From assembly GCA_043228905.1 (NCBI GenBank), contig JBHGNT010000010.1:11222001-11286000 (forward strand): a DNA stretch of 64,000 nucleotides, given 5' to 3'. The notes beneath the pieces are model-generated. The model saw only the letters and a list, made by a program, of their open reading frames with translations, searched no databases and had not been told where the DNA came from. Shown here piece by piece: positions 12,506 to 23,870 of this stretch (its first letter is position 1; the number at the start of each line of letters is the position of its first letter). The DNA comes from Azolla caroliniana (Eukaryota; Plantae; Polypodiophyta). The position numbers were made by a program, and so were the translations under genes.

Positions 12506-14335
12506 TCTGTCTTTCTACTTTACGTTCCCTACACCCGAACATCCGAACGAGAAGCCGGTTGTGGCCGGCCGGTCACGATTCTTGACAATTTTCGTCCGAA
12601 TCAGAGGCCTCGGTCAAAATGCGGCTCTGTTTTGTTTGTTGGCCAAGCAATCGGCATAGTTATCTAGATGCACTTTCTTCACCTGCGGTAGTTTTTTTTT
12701 GCTAGCATTTGCATTCCCTTCTGGTTCATGTGGCATAGCCTCTTATGCCACAACTCATCAATCGCGTCCATTTCTTTTAGGTTGATGAGTTTTCGAAATT
12801 TCGTAGGTGCCCTTTGATTTTTAAAATTTTAATTATGTACCCTTACGTTTATGAAATTTTCTAGTTATGCCCTTGTGTTTTGTTTTCCCCCCTCTTTTGT
12901 TTTATTATTATGATTATTGTAATTGTTTATTTTGCCTTGGATTCTGCAGTCTGCTTGCAACGGAAAGCGTTTCTTCCTGCTTCATGTGTTCTTCTTCTTC
13001 CAGTCTTCTGCCTTTTCGTCTTCTTTTTTTTCTGTCTCTCTCTGTTCTTCTTCTTCTATATACCTCTTCTTTCCTTCTTGTGTTCCATTTTCCTCATCTC
13101 AACTATTCCGTTTTCCTCATCATTCTTCTTGACCATTGTTCGGTGGACGCCTCTCTGTCATCGTCTACTTCTGTGTCTCTGTCTGGCCCGTTGTTTCAGT
13201 GTCATAGCCGATCCGGCCGTTGATTTTCCAGCCACTGTCGTCGCTCTAGCCGGTGTCCAGCCATTATTTTGCCCTTCCAGCCCTTCTGGTCATTCTGCTG
13301 TTGTCCAGCCGCTTTGGGCCATCTCCGTCACCGTCTCTATGGGTTCGGCATCGACTACGACTATTGTCTCGGCTTTCGGTTCATTCTGGCCGTCCATCCA
13401 TTTGTCTGGTTCTGTTGCCTTGGTCGTCACCTTTGTTGTCCAACCCGTCTGTTGTTCGCCTTTGTCCAGCGTGTCTGGCCATCTTCATCTCCATTTATCG
13501 TTGTTGTCGGCCCTGTCAGCCCTATCCGGCCAGTCCGCAGTCGGCCATCTGTTTTGGCCGAGGTCCGTCGCTTGGTCGCTCTGTTCAGTCGTCATCCGGT
13601 TGTCGTTCGGTCGTTGATGTCTGACGGTTGTCTCTCCGTCCGTCGCTTTTCGGCGTCACTGTTGTTGTTTCGGCCCTATACTCTAGCGGGCTTTCCAGCC
13701 GCCGTCAGGCCATTATGGCCGCTTCGGTCGCTGTTTGGTCGTCGTTCCTATCACTCTCTAGCCGCACCACTGTCCAGTCATCATCCCGGCTTTGTTGCCG
13801 TTCTGGCCGCTGATTCTCTGGCTGTCGTCAGGCGTCTTCGCCGTCTCTATCGGCCCTATTTGGTCGCCGCCGCTTCATTCGACCGTTGGTTGGTTTGATC
13901 ACTCTCAGAAAACTGCTCTGTCGCTGCTTGTTCGGACACGCTCCTATGGCCGTTGTCCATGTTTAGGATTTTCGGCTGCCTCTGCATTCCGGCCACAGTT
14001 TTAGTTTTCTTTTTTCCTTTTCCTTTCTTATTGTTTTGTCATGGTCGGTCGAACACCCATCACCCCATTCGACTCTAACTTGATTCCAGTTACGATTCTT
14101 TTCTTTTCTTTTTCTCCATTGCCATCATCGTTTGCGCCTCCTATTTCCCTATCTCTCTCATCGTCCGATCCAATCCTCTCTTTCTGTGTTTGTTTCCTGC
14201 ACACGCACATTGCTAGTTCTCATACACTCGCACATCCGTATTGCTGCGTTTCATTCTGCGACTTTGTCTAGCACATTGTGATCACCATTTGCCGCACATC
14301 ATCAATTCGATTTCTCATACATTGTCATCGCATAT

Positions 14336-14744
14336 TGTTGAGCGAGCAAGCTCAATCGGATCCGGATCGACATCCGGAAGGATGAGCTGGATCGGTATCC
14401 GAAAACAACCGGCCGTATCGGGGAGACGGATCGGAGAGCCAGATTTGAGCGGGAACTAGAAGCCTAGTAGTAGCCTAGACTATTAGGTAATCATTGTCTT
14501 GTAGTTAGTGTAAGTCACACGTATGAGCATTGAAGTACCTGTCAGTCCTTTATGAACTTGTATAAATAGTGTTGTTTAGCAAGTTGTATGTATAGAGTTT
14601 AAGAGTTATTTTTGAATCTACGTTTATGTTCTGCTCTCTCTGTCTCTCCCGTGTATTAAGCTTCTCTGTTAAAACTTCATCTTATTCTCTGTTGCTATCT
14701 AGCTGAGCCAGTTTGTCTAACGCTTCCGCACGATAACATTTACA
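14336..14744 (+). repeat. C1 5' LTR
   Basis: TGTTGAGCGAGC...ACATTTACA, direct repeat of 39951-40370 (visibly diverged, so an old insertion). Confidence 0.95.
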
Positions 14745-14756
14745 TGGTATCAGAGC
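14745..14756 (+). promoter_or_regulatory. PBS complementary to initiator tRNA-Met (TGGTATCAGAGC)
   Basis: Canonical plant Copia PBS directly after the LTR. Confidence 0.97.
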
Positions 14757-14832
14757 GCGAGGGTTGAGAACCTTTGCAGCCGACACTTGCTTTCGTAGAC
14801 GAGAACCCGATAACAATAGACAAAGAGAAGAT

Positions 14833-17540
14833 ATGGACAGAGGAATGACGAGTTCACTTCCAACAGAGAAGCTCGACCGGAGCAACTACGCATCCTGGTC
14901 ATACAAGATGCACCAGTACCTGCTGGGGCATGGATATTGGAGCTTCATGGAAGGAACGAACGAGGTAGCACCAGAGCTGACACACAGTGACTTCTCGGTA
15001 TGGGAGCAAGGTGCGAGCCGAGTATTGTACTGCCTCGCGTCTTGTGTGCAAGATCATATGCTCGGCTACATCAAGGATGCAAATACGCCGAAGGAGGCCT
15101 GGGGAAATCTGAGGAAGATTTTCACCGTGAGTACCACAACCCGTAAGTTGCAGCTCCGGCAAGAGCTGAACAACATCCAACAAAGAGACATGTCGGTTAC
15201 AGAACTAAACCACCAAGGTAAAGGAGATTTGTAATGCACTCGGGTCCATCGACATGACGGTGGACGAAGAGGAGATGATACAAATCTGCCTCGGTGGTCT
15301 AGTGCAAAGGTACGGGCCAATCCGGACAACGATCTGCACCCGGGAGAAACCACCGTCTTTCTTCGACTTGCAATCGATGTTGATGGTCAAAGAAAACCAC
15401 GCGAGTGGGTCAAGGACCACTCAATCGGATGGCTGGATGTTGTACACAGAGACAGATCAGCCCCATGGACGTGGTGGACGAGGTGGGTCGGCACGCAATG
15501 GAGGCGGCCGACAAGAGCAGGACCGGAGGCACAGAGGTGTTGCCGATAGCAATTCCGGACAATCCACAAGTAGGGGGAGTCAAAGCAGCGCCGAGAACCG
15601 GCAAGGAAAGGCTGACACAGAATGCTGGTACTGTGGCAAAAAGGGCCACAGGGAAAGCAAATGTTGGAAGAAGCGCACTGATTCGGACAAATCCGGATAT
15701 GGCAAAACCGGTCGGGAGAAGGATCAGAAGGATCAGAAGGATCAGAAGGATTCGGAACCGGGAAAACCGGTAAAGAGCCAGCCTTCGTGATGAAGCACAA
15801 GGCTAACTCGATGAAGAAGCCTACTTCCAAATTGGAGGAAGTATGGTACATTGATTCCGGAGCGTCCAACCACATGACGAGCCATGAAGAGAGGTTCTCT
15901 TTTTTGGAGAAGCCAGAACAACTGGGGATTGTCGAAACCGGAGACGACACCCCTCATCCGATTGTGCATGTCGGAGAAGTCACTTTAAGCCATGTTGGAC
16001 AAAAGGGGAAGTTGATGAATGTATTACACCTTCCGACTATCACAAAGAACCTGGTGTCGGTTGGACAAATTGTCGACCAAGGGATGCAGGTGCGGTTTAC
16101 GCACCTCAGGTGCTTCATCGAGGTAGAAGGCAGGATAATAGCGCAAGGGCACAAGGAAGGGAGGATGTTCATCCTCAACACTAATGATGTCGGCACCGCT
16201 ATGTTTGCGAAAGGGCAGAAGGTCGAATCTGACATTGATCTTTGGCACAAGCGGATCAGCCACGTCAATCACCGATGGCTTTAAGACCTGCAATCGAAAC
16301 AAGTTGTGTTCAGATTGCCGAAATTCAGTGGCTGCAAGGCTGAATTTTGTGAAGCCTGCCAACTCGGGAAGCAACACCAGCTTCCATTCCCCACCAAATG
16401 AAATTGGAGCTGTAACAAGCTCGACCTAATCCATTCGGATGTATGGGGTCCGACACAAAACGTTAGTCTTGGTGGGAGTCGATATTTCGTCTCCTTCATC
16501 AACCACTATAACCGGCACATGTGGATCTGCCTTATCGAGAGGAAGAGCGAAGTCTTTGAGTGTTTCCAGAACCTTGAAAGCTTGGTTGAATAGGAAATGG
16601 AGAGGAAGATCAAGTGCTTGCTCTCGGATGGCGGGAAAGAATACTTTTCCGGCCAATTCAACAGTTATCTACAACATAACGGAATTCGGAGAGAATTCAG
16701 CTGCAAATACACATCAGAGCAAAACAGTGTGGCCGAAAGGAAGAACCAGTCGATTGTTGACGTGGCAAGGGCAATGCTGGAGGAGAAGAGCATGCCCCAT
16801 TTCTACTGGGCTGAGGCGGTCCGGATGGCCGTCCACATCCAAAACCGGATCGGTGACAAAGTGTCAGCACAGAGCTATATTTCAGGCGGAAGACGAATTT
16901 GAGACACCTTCGGATATTCAGTAGCATAGCATATGTGCATGTACCGGATGAGAAGTGGAGGAAGCTGGATCTGAAGTCAGAGAAGTGCATCCTAGTCGGT
17001 TACTCGCATGAGCAAAAGGGGTATAAGTGCTATAACCCCTAGACTAAGCAGGTCTGAGTAAGCCGAGATGTTGAGTTTGATGAGACGGCATCATGGTACT
17101 CCTTACCGACTCCAACTCCCGACGAAGGCTTGATTATGGAAGATGAGGCTAACAAGCCCAAGGAGGTCCAGGTAGAAGATGAAAACTTCGGCACTCTAGA
17201 AGAGAGTCCGATCTCATTCCGGCTAAGTGGACCGAATGAGCGGTTGAGTCGGATGAGGAATCGGCGAGTAGTGGAGACTCTACCATGCTCTCCCCGCGCA
17301 AGGAACCGAGGAGATGGTTCACACGCAAAGAGAAGGGGGAGAAGAAGATGCCGGAATACGAAACCGGCAACGTTGAGTCCGATCGGAGCGAATCCGACTC
17401 CGAAAAGGATGAAGGCGGATCTTCAGAAAGGAAGTCCGAATCGGCCAAGAAGGGCCTCAAACCGGGTAATGACAAGTTACGTCGGTCATCCCGCCAGAAG
17501 AACCCCGTTATGCGGTACGGGTACAATGAGTACATGGCGC
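14833..17540 (+). pseudogene. C1 gag, protease, GAG-pre-integrase and integrase (frameshifted, with stops)
   Basis: NYASWSYKM gag start; CWYCGKKGH zinc knuckle; WYIDSGASNHM protease; LWHKR; IHSDVWGP; SDGGKEY..EQNSVAERKN integrase. Confidence 0.93.
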
Positions 17541-17930
17541 TGTTGTCTGCCTGGCCGGACTAGCCTCAACACAGGTGTCTATCCGACACTTCTCCAAAGG
17601 GGTGGTAAGGATTGGATGCTAGGTTACACGCGTAAGATGATTACAATTAAGCACAGACGGTAAACAATACGAAGATACAGATAAACACGCAATAATTACT
17701 TTTGTATTACTTTCGTCAAAACCTTTACAAATCATTGGATCCTTTTATAGGCATCCGGCAAGGTTACAATCGGTGCACTTAGGCAATCGGCATCCGAATC
17801 GGTCCGGATCCGGATCGGTACAACTGTACCGGATCCGTCCCTCCGAATAATAATTCTACTATTATTTACTTCCTATTATCCGATCCGACTCCGCCTTCCC
17901 ACTTGTCCTTGCTCTTCTGACCGGTCAACA
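17541..17930 (-). repeat. A 3' LTR (TATA box CTATAAAAGG on the minus strand at ~17741-17750)
   Basis: Direct repeat of 37391-37779; TG..CA ends. Confidence 0.95.
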
Positions 17931-17932
17931 CA

Positions 17933-17972
17933 TGGCACGCCCGTGGGAAAGTGCCTTGCACTTCGAATCCAC
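17933..17972 (+). promoter_or_regulatory. Inverted tRNA-Arg(UCU)-type PBS at the PPT position of A
   Basis: TGGCACGCCCGTGGGA-[AAGTGC CTT GCACTT]-CGAATCCAC. Confidence 0.8.
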
Positions 17973-17980
17973 TCCCGGCC

Positions 17981-20884
17981 TCATTCTTCCTCCAAAATAT
18001 TGAGCACACTCTGCTCGATGGTGTCAAGTGGTGCTTCTTCCTCCAATTCCTGTTCCTTGCCTGCCTAGTCTCCGACCTCCGGTTGGGTTGGCTGTTCCGT
18101 AAAAATTTGCTGCTCCGGCTCTGCTTGATTCTGTGGTGCCGGTGCTTCCTCACCGCTCCGTTCGGGTTCTTCTTGTTCTCCCTCCGTTCCAGGCTCTGTT
18201 CTGTTACCAGTGTCGCTTTCTCCGGTCTCGACTGGTCGGCTCAGTGCGCCTTCTTCCTCTGCTCTGGTGTCTTTGGTCTCAGCTTTTCTTCTTCTCCGGC
18301 ATCGGTCTGCTCCTGCTCTTCTTGATTTCCTTCGAATAGAAGTTCTTCTTCGGGTATTCCTTGTCGGGGTTGTTCGGTGTCGGTTGGTTCAACTTCAGCC
18401 GATCGCTCTCCCTCACTTATAGTGATTGGCGTCATTCTTCCCTTGGCTTCCTGTCGTAACCGGTCCTGCTCGTATTTCTCCAACTCCAACTGAGTTGCGA
18501 GCTGCCCGTCATCCAACCTCTCTACCAACCCTCAGATTTCTTTGAGATGTTCTTCCGCTAAAGCGTAGAAATCCTCCGACAATTCTTCCCGAATGGCGAC
18601 GATACTTTCTTCATCCATCTTGTAGAACTTGTCACCGGTCTTCCTCCGATTCTCGGCATCAGCCCGGAGTGTTTGCAGCTCGGCTGCCTGTTGTGACCAC
18701 TCCTTCCATAGCTTTTCCGTACTTTCGTTGATGCTTGCCTGAGCTCGGGTACTCCACCCTGACATGATGAGCTTGATCCGGTCAACCCCCGCCTTAGCAT
18801 GCGCATAAGCTTCTTGCTTTTCCTTCCTTGCCCGTTTTATAATGTCGGCCATTATCTGAGCCTGGGCCTCGTAATCCGCTTTCTGCTTTTCATAGGTACT
18901 TTGCAGTTTGTTGATCGTGAAGGTCGATCTTTCCTTTTCTTCATTCCTGATCTTGGTAAGATCCAGCTTTTCCCGCCTTAGCGCCTCTAATTCCTTCCTT
19001 CTCTCCGTCGCTTGGGTTATTTCCGCCGACAATGCTTCCTTTTTGGCACTGACCTCATCCATTGTCTTAGCCAGGTCTAATCGGGTCTCTTTGAGCTGTT
19101 CTTTCAGCTTCTCTATTTGCCGGTCGTAGTCTGCTACCCGTTTCTTGTTGTCCGACTCGGCCTGCTTGTGATCTCGGTAGAGACGGTCGAAGTCCTCCGT
19201 CTTCTGCTTCAGGCGTCTGTTTGCCTGAGCTCTTAACCGGTCGTCCCGGTCCTTTTGTTGTCGGAGTTCTTCCTGCAGTCATTCTATCTCCTGCTCGGCA
19301 TGTCGACGCAGTCGGTCCTTCTCCTTTTGCAGCTTCTCTTTTTCTTCTTGCAGTCGGTCATTAGTGGCTCGGCCTTTCCGGAGGCCTTCTTCCATTTTCC
19401 GTCTGTCGTCCTCCACCGCTTTCCGCTGCTACCTTTCTTTTTCCCTTAATGCCTCCTGAGCTTTTAACTCCTCTCGTAAGGTTTCTATTATTTTTTCGGT
19501 CTCAGGGCCGGTTTGCAAGGGTACCGGTTCCGGTTCCGGTTCTGGTTGCTTCCTTGTTGTCCCGACCGGCTCGGTGACAACTTGTGCTTGTTGAATTCCT
19601 TCCCTTGCCTGCAACAACTCCCCTTGCATTTCCTCGATCTGTGTTCGGAGCGCGACCAACTCCTGAGTTGTTGTATGCGTCAGATGTTGCCTACACGTTT
19701 CTTCTTTCTCTAACTGGTCCGCTACTCCCGATAACTGCTCCGAAAGCCATCTCAGCCATTGTGGCTTTGTGCTTCCTGTGTCGGGGTAGCCTTGCTCACT
19801 TCTACTCCTTAACTCAGGCTGTTTTTCCGGCCTTTTCTCTGGCTCTGGCGCTTGTTCATTCCTCTTCTCTGGGATGACCGGTTCTCTGAAGTCCGGCAAA
19901 ACCGGTGTCGGTGCTGCTTCCCTCGGTACGGGTTCCGGTACTGCTTCCGCCTCGGCTACTGGAGGTGGTCCTTGCGCCCTCTGCTGAGTTTTGTCAACTG
20001 GTGGAGCCGGTCCTTTCGCCCGTCTCTCCCGACCTTGTCTTGCTGGGAGTCTTACCAGTGGTTCGGATGAGTCTTCTGTTTCAGCTTCCTCCTCCGGTGC
20101 GGCTACCAGACGGACCTTTTGTATAAAGACCTCTGGTTCCGGTTCCGGCCGTCGCAGCGTTATATTGATTGGTTTGAGCGCTACCGGTTCCTCCTCGGCC
20201 GATTTCCCTTTGCCTTTTCCTGCCGGTTTTGCCTTTGTTGCCGGTTCCTATTGCTGTCGGGATGGTCCTTCCCCCCGCTGTTCTGCTTCTTCCTAGGTCC
20301 ATCCGGGGGTGTGTTTCTCCAGGATATGTCGGTGCTTTGTGACCTTTTTCGGCGTCGTCTCCTGCCGACCTCTTTTCTTTTGTTTGATGGGGAGCACCGG
20401 TGGGACTAACACCGTTAGCCATTGTGCTATCCCGGCCCATGGCTTTTTTCCTTCCACAAGGTTCTTGATGGCCTCCTTCAATCCTTCGGTTATGAAATGG
20501 AGCCAGTCCACTTGTAATCCTTCGTACGCTGCAATTAAGAATGTTGCCCGGTACCTGGCTATGGCCGGGGGACGAGGATTCACGAATCCGTATTCCATCA
20601 TGGCGCGGGCCACTTCTCCGAACAACAGGTTCTCTCCGCCCTGTGTTCGGTACGCCTTGCTGCTGATAGAATACTCACCGAAATATTTGAACAGGATTTC
20701 ACTTGAAGGGTTTTTGATTGTTTGAAGTCCTCCTGCTTTTATCCCTGTGAGCGCCTGCACCGCTCCTTCCGTGATTTCTGATAAATCAATCGATTTCTGC
20801 GTGTGGTGGAGCGTCGGCGATCCGCAGCAATCCTTTTAACCCGTTCTCCCTCATCCATTGGCGTGCCTCCTCCGACAGTGCCAT
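17981..20884 (-). pseudogene. A ORF2 (extra 3' ORF), disrupted
   Basis: Fragments MALSEEARQW..., YFGEYS..KAYRTQGGENLLFGEVAR, coiled coil and LSEDFYALAEEHL, all homologous to B ORF2; several stops and frameshifts. Confidence 0.88.
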
Positions 20885-21299
20885 TGGTTCGAATTCTTCT
20901 TCTGTTGTCTGTTGTTCAGGATCGGGCTGTGTGTGCGTTGTGCGTCGGATCGCTCTTCTGTGCTTCTGCGCCTGTGTGTAGGAAAATTCGTAAAAAGTAA
21001 GTCCTTCGCAGGCCTGTGTCTTATATAGTGGCTTTTGCCTCGAGCCGCCCTTTTTCGTTTCCCGCGCATGTTCATCTCCCGCCATAATTAGTATGTCCTT
21101 TCTTGCTTGCCGCGTGTGAGTGCCCACGTTCCATGCTTTAAATATCAAGTACGCGCACGTCCTTCTTTACTGCATGGCGCCTCTTCGTTGCATGGTGGCG
21201 CTCCCACCTCTTGTGATCTCCCCATCACTACTATGATTCGCGCCGATTTGGCCCACGCCATTTTATTTTATTTTATTTTATTTCTTTGTTTGGACCACG

Positions 21300-23448
21300 T
21301 CATTTTCTGGTCCCCCACGATTTGTTCGGGTCGGTTCGTGCTGATACCGGATCCTTCTGTCGGTTTTCCGGGATACTCTTTGTCAGTATCGGTGTCGGTT
21401 CTTCCTCGGTCTGGATATCTGCAGCAGCGTCTGTCGGTGTCAGTTCTCCCTCGGTCCGGATATCTTCAGCAGCGTCTGTCGGTGTCGGTTCCTCATCTTG
21501 CCGGATTTCCGGGTTTTGCTTGAACGGGTTGGCTGGCATATTTCCCTTATACGGCTTTAGCCGAAACCCATTTGCCCACTTACCGATGACATCTCTAGAC
21601 AACGTGCCGAGCTGATACGATCCATTGTACTCCTTGGTGATCCAGAACGGTCCGGTCCACCGAAACCGCAACTTTCCCGGCATGTTCCCCATCCGTGTCT
21701 GGAATAGTAGCACCGGTTTCCCGACTTCGAACTCCTTTTCGTTGCCACGCCGGTGTCGGTCCGCGAAAGCTTTTCTCCTCCTTTGCTCCAGTTCGAGTTG
21801 TAGTAAGCTAGCTATTCGGTTTTCTTCTAATTCCAACAACGTCGCCAACCGGATTCGTTCGGACTCCTTCTCACTTAAGCGCTCCTTTACCTGGATCCGT
21901 AAGCTGGGGATCTGGAACTCTACCGGCATGACCGCTTCTAAACCGAATCCTAGTCTGAACGGGGTTGTCCGGATGCTGGTTTTGTACGTTGTTCGGTATG
22001 CCCATAGCGCGCTTTGCAATTTCGTATCCCAGTCGGTCCGGTTCTCGTTGACGATTTTTCGTAGGATGTTCTGCAGAGTTTTGTTCGTTGATTCCGCTAG
22101 TCCATTGGCTTGAGGGTAGTAGGGAGTACTCCTTTTATGTACCACCGCGTAAAATGACGTCAGGCTTTCTACTACCTGCCCGAGAAAATGTCCTCCTTGG
22201 TCACTTATAAGCTCGATCGGGCATCCATACCGGCACCATATGCACTCGTACAGGAACTTTGCCGTGGACGCGGCCGTGTTGTCCCGTAAGGCCTTTGCTT
22301 CTACCCATTTGGTGCAATAGTCGGTCGCCACTATGACATACCGATTTCCGGTTCGCATTGTCGGTGGCTTGAAGGGACCGACAAAGTCCAAACCCCACTT
22401 TTGAAACAGTTCCAATGGCAAGACCGGGTGGTGTGGCATCCGGGCCTGCTTCGTGGGTTGGCCCAGTCGTTGACACAAATCGCATTCTCTGCTATACTTC
22501 ACGGCATCTTTTAGGGTGGTGGGCCACCACAGTCCGCTCTGCCATATTTTCCGAGCGGTTACGTCGCCGGCATAATGCCCGCCGGCAATTCCACAGTGGG
22601 CTTCCCTGAGGATTAAATCCTTCTCATCGCTCCGCACTGCTCGTCTCTAGATGCCATCTGCCCCCTTGTGATAGAGGGTGTCTCCAACCAAGCAGAAATG
22701 TCTGCTTCTTACTGCTACCCTTTTCCTTTCATCGCGGTCCATGTTCTCCGGGGGTACTCCGGTGCTCAGGAACTGATGCATCTCAGTTAGCCACGTGTCT
22801 TCATTGGCTACCGGTGCATCCGTTGCCCGTTCTATCGTGATCCGGAACAACTCGGCATCGGGGAACTCATCCTGGACGTCGTCCCCTGCTTCTCCGGATT
22901 CGAGTCTGCTTAGGTAGTCCGCTACCGCATGCTGCGCCCCGGGTCGGTGGAAAATGTCGAATTCAAATTCCTGTAACAGCAGTGTCCATCGTGCAATTTT
23001 TCCCGTCAGGGATGCCTTCGAGACCAGGTAGAGTAGTGCCGAATGGTCGACATGGAAGGAAAACTTCCTTCCGAGCAGATAGTGCCTGTACTTTGTGACA
23101 CTATACACCATTCCTAATGCCTCGCGTTCCGTCATAGAGTAGTTCCATTCGGCTTTTGAGAGTTTCCGGCTTGCGTAGTACACCGGTCGGTACCATTTCG
23201 GCTCCGTGAGTTGCATCAGAACGCTGCCGATTGCTACGTCCGACGCGTCGACGAAGACGTGAAAGCTTTTACTCCAATCCGGCGGTTGCACCACCGGAGC
23301 TTGCGACAGCATAACCTTCAACGCTTGGTAGGCTTCCTCCTCCGTCTCCGCCCATAGGAAGGGTACCCTGTGTACGGCGGTATGTAATGGTGTAGCGAAG
23401 TCTGCGAGGTGCCGTATCATCTGGCTATGCCACCGTATTTGGCCCAGG
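21300..23448 (-). pseudogene. A pol 3' part (RNase H, integrase)
   Basis: FHVFVDASD..YASRKL..DHSAL; EAHCGIAGGH..CDLCQ; WGLDFVGP; SDQGGHF; YYPQANG; GKLRFRWTGPF; stop at ~22647. Confidence 0.93.
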
Positions 23449-23820
23449 TGTTGTATGTATGGCTGGACTAGCCGCAACACAGGTGTCTATCCGACACTTC
23501 TCCAAAGGGGTGGTAGGGATAGGATGTTAATACACGCGTATGATAATTACACTTAAGCACAGACGAAGACAAGATGAATCAGCATAAGCAAAACTATATT
23601 AATTCTTCGTGCTTTCATTACAAAACATCGGATCCTTTTTATAGGCATCCGGCCAGATTACAATCGGTGCTCGGTAGGCAACCGTTAACCGAAACCGAAT
23701 CGGTTCGGATCCGGATCGGTTACAACTACCGGATCCGTCCCTCCTAATAATTCTATTCCTATTTCTATATTTATCCGATCCGACCTTGCTTTCCCATTTG
23801 CCTTCTCTGACCGGCCAACA
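23449..23820 (-). repeat. B 3' LTR
   Basis: Direct repeat of 33186-33557; TATA CCTATAAAAAGG on the minus strand at ~23634-23645. Confidence 0.96.
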
Positions 23821-23822
23821 CA

Positions 23823-23863
23823 TGGCACGCCCGTGGGAAAGTGCATTGCACTTCGAACCCACA
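23823..23863 (+). promoter_or_regulatory. Inverted tRNA-Arg(UCU)-type PBS / tRNA-like 3' end replacing the PPT in B
   Basis: TGGCACGCCCGTGGGA-[AAGTGCATTGCACTT]-CGAACCCACA; no purine run adjacent to the LTR on the sense strand. Confidence 0.82.
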
Positions 23864-23870
23864 GCCGGCT

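Noticed and set aside
12867-14004. Overlapping 100-245 aa ORFs in several frames
   Set aside because: A-poor low-complexity DNA lacks stops by composition; no protein motifs
23823-23870. A genuine tRNA gene or tRNA-derived SINE
   Set aside because: Only the T-arm and acceptor 3' side are present, with no D-arm or anticodon arm; it sits at a fixed position in all element copies
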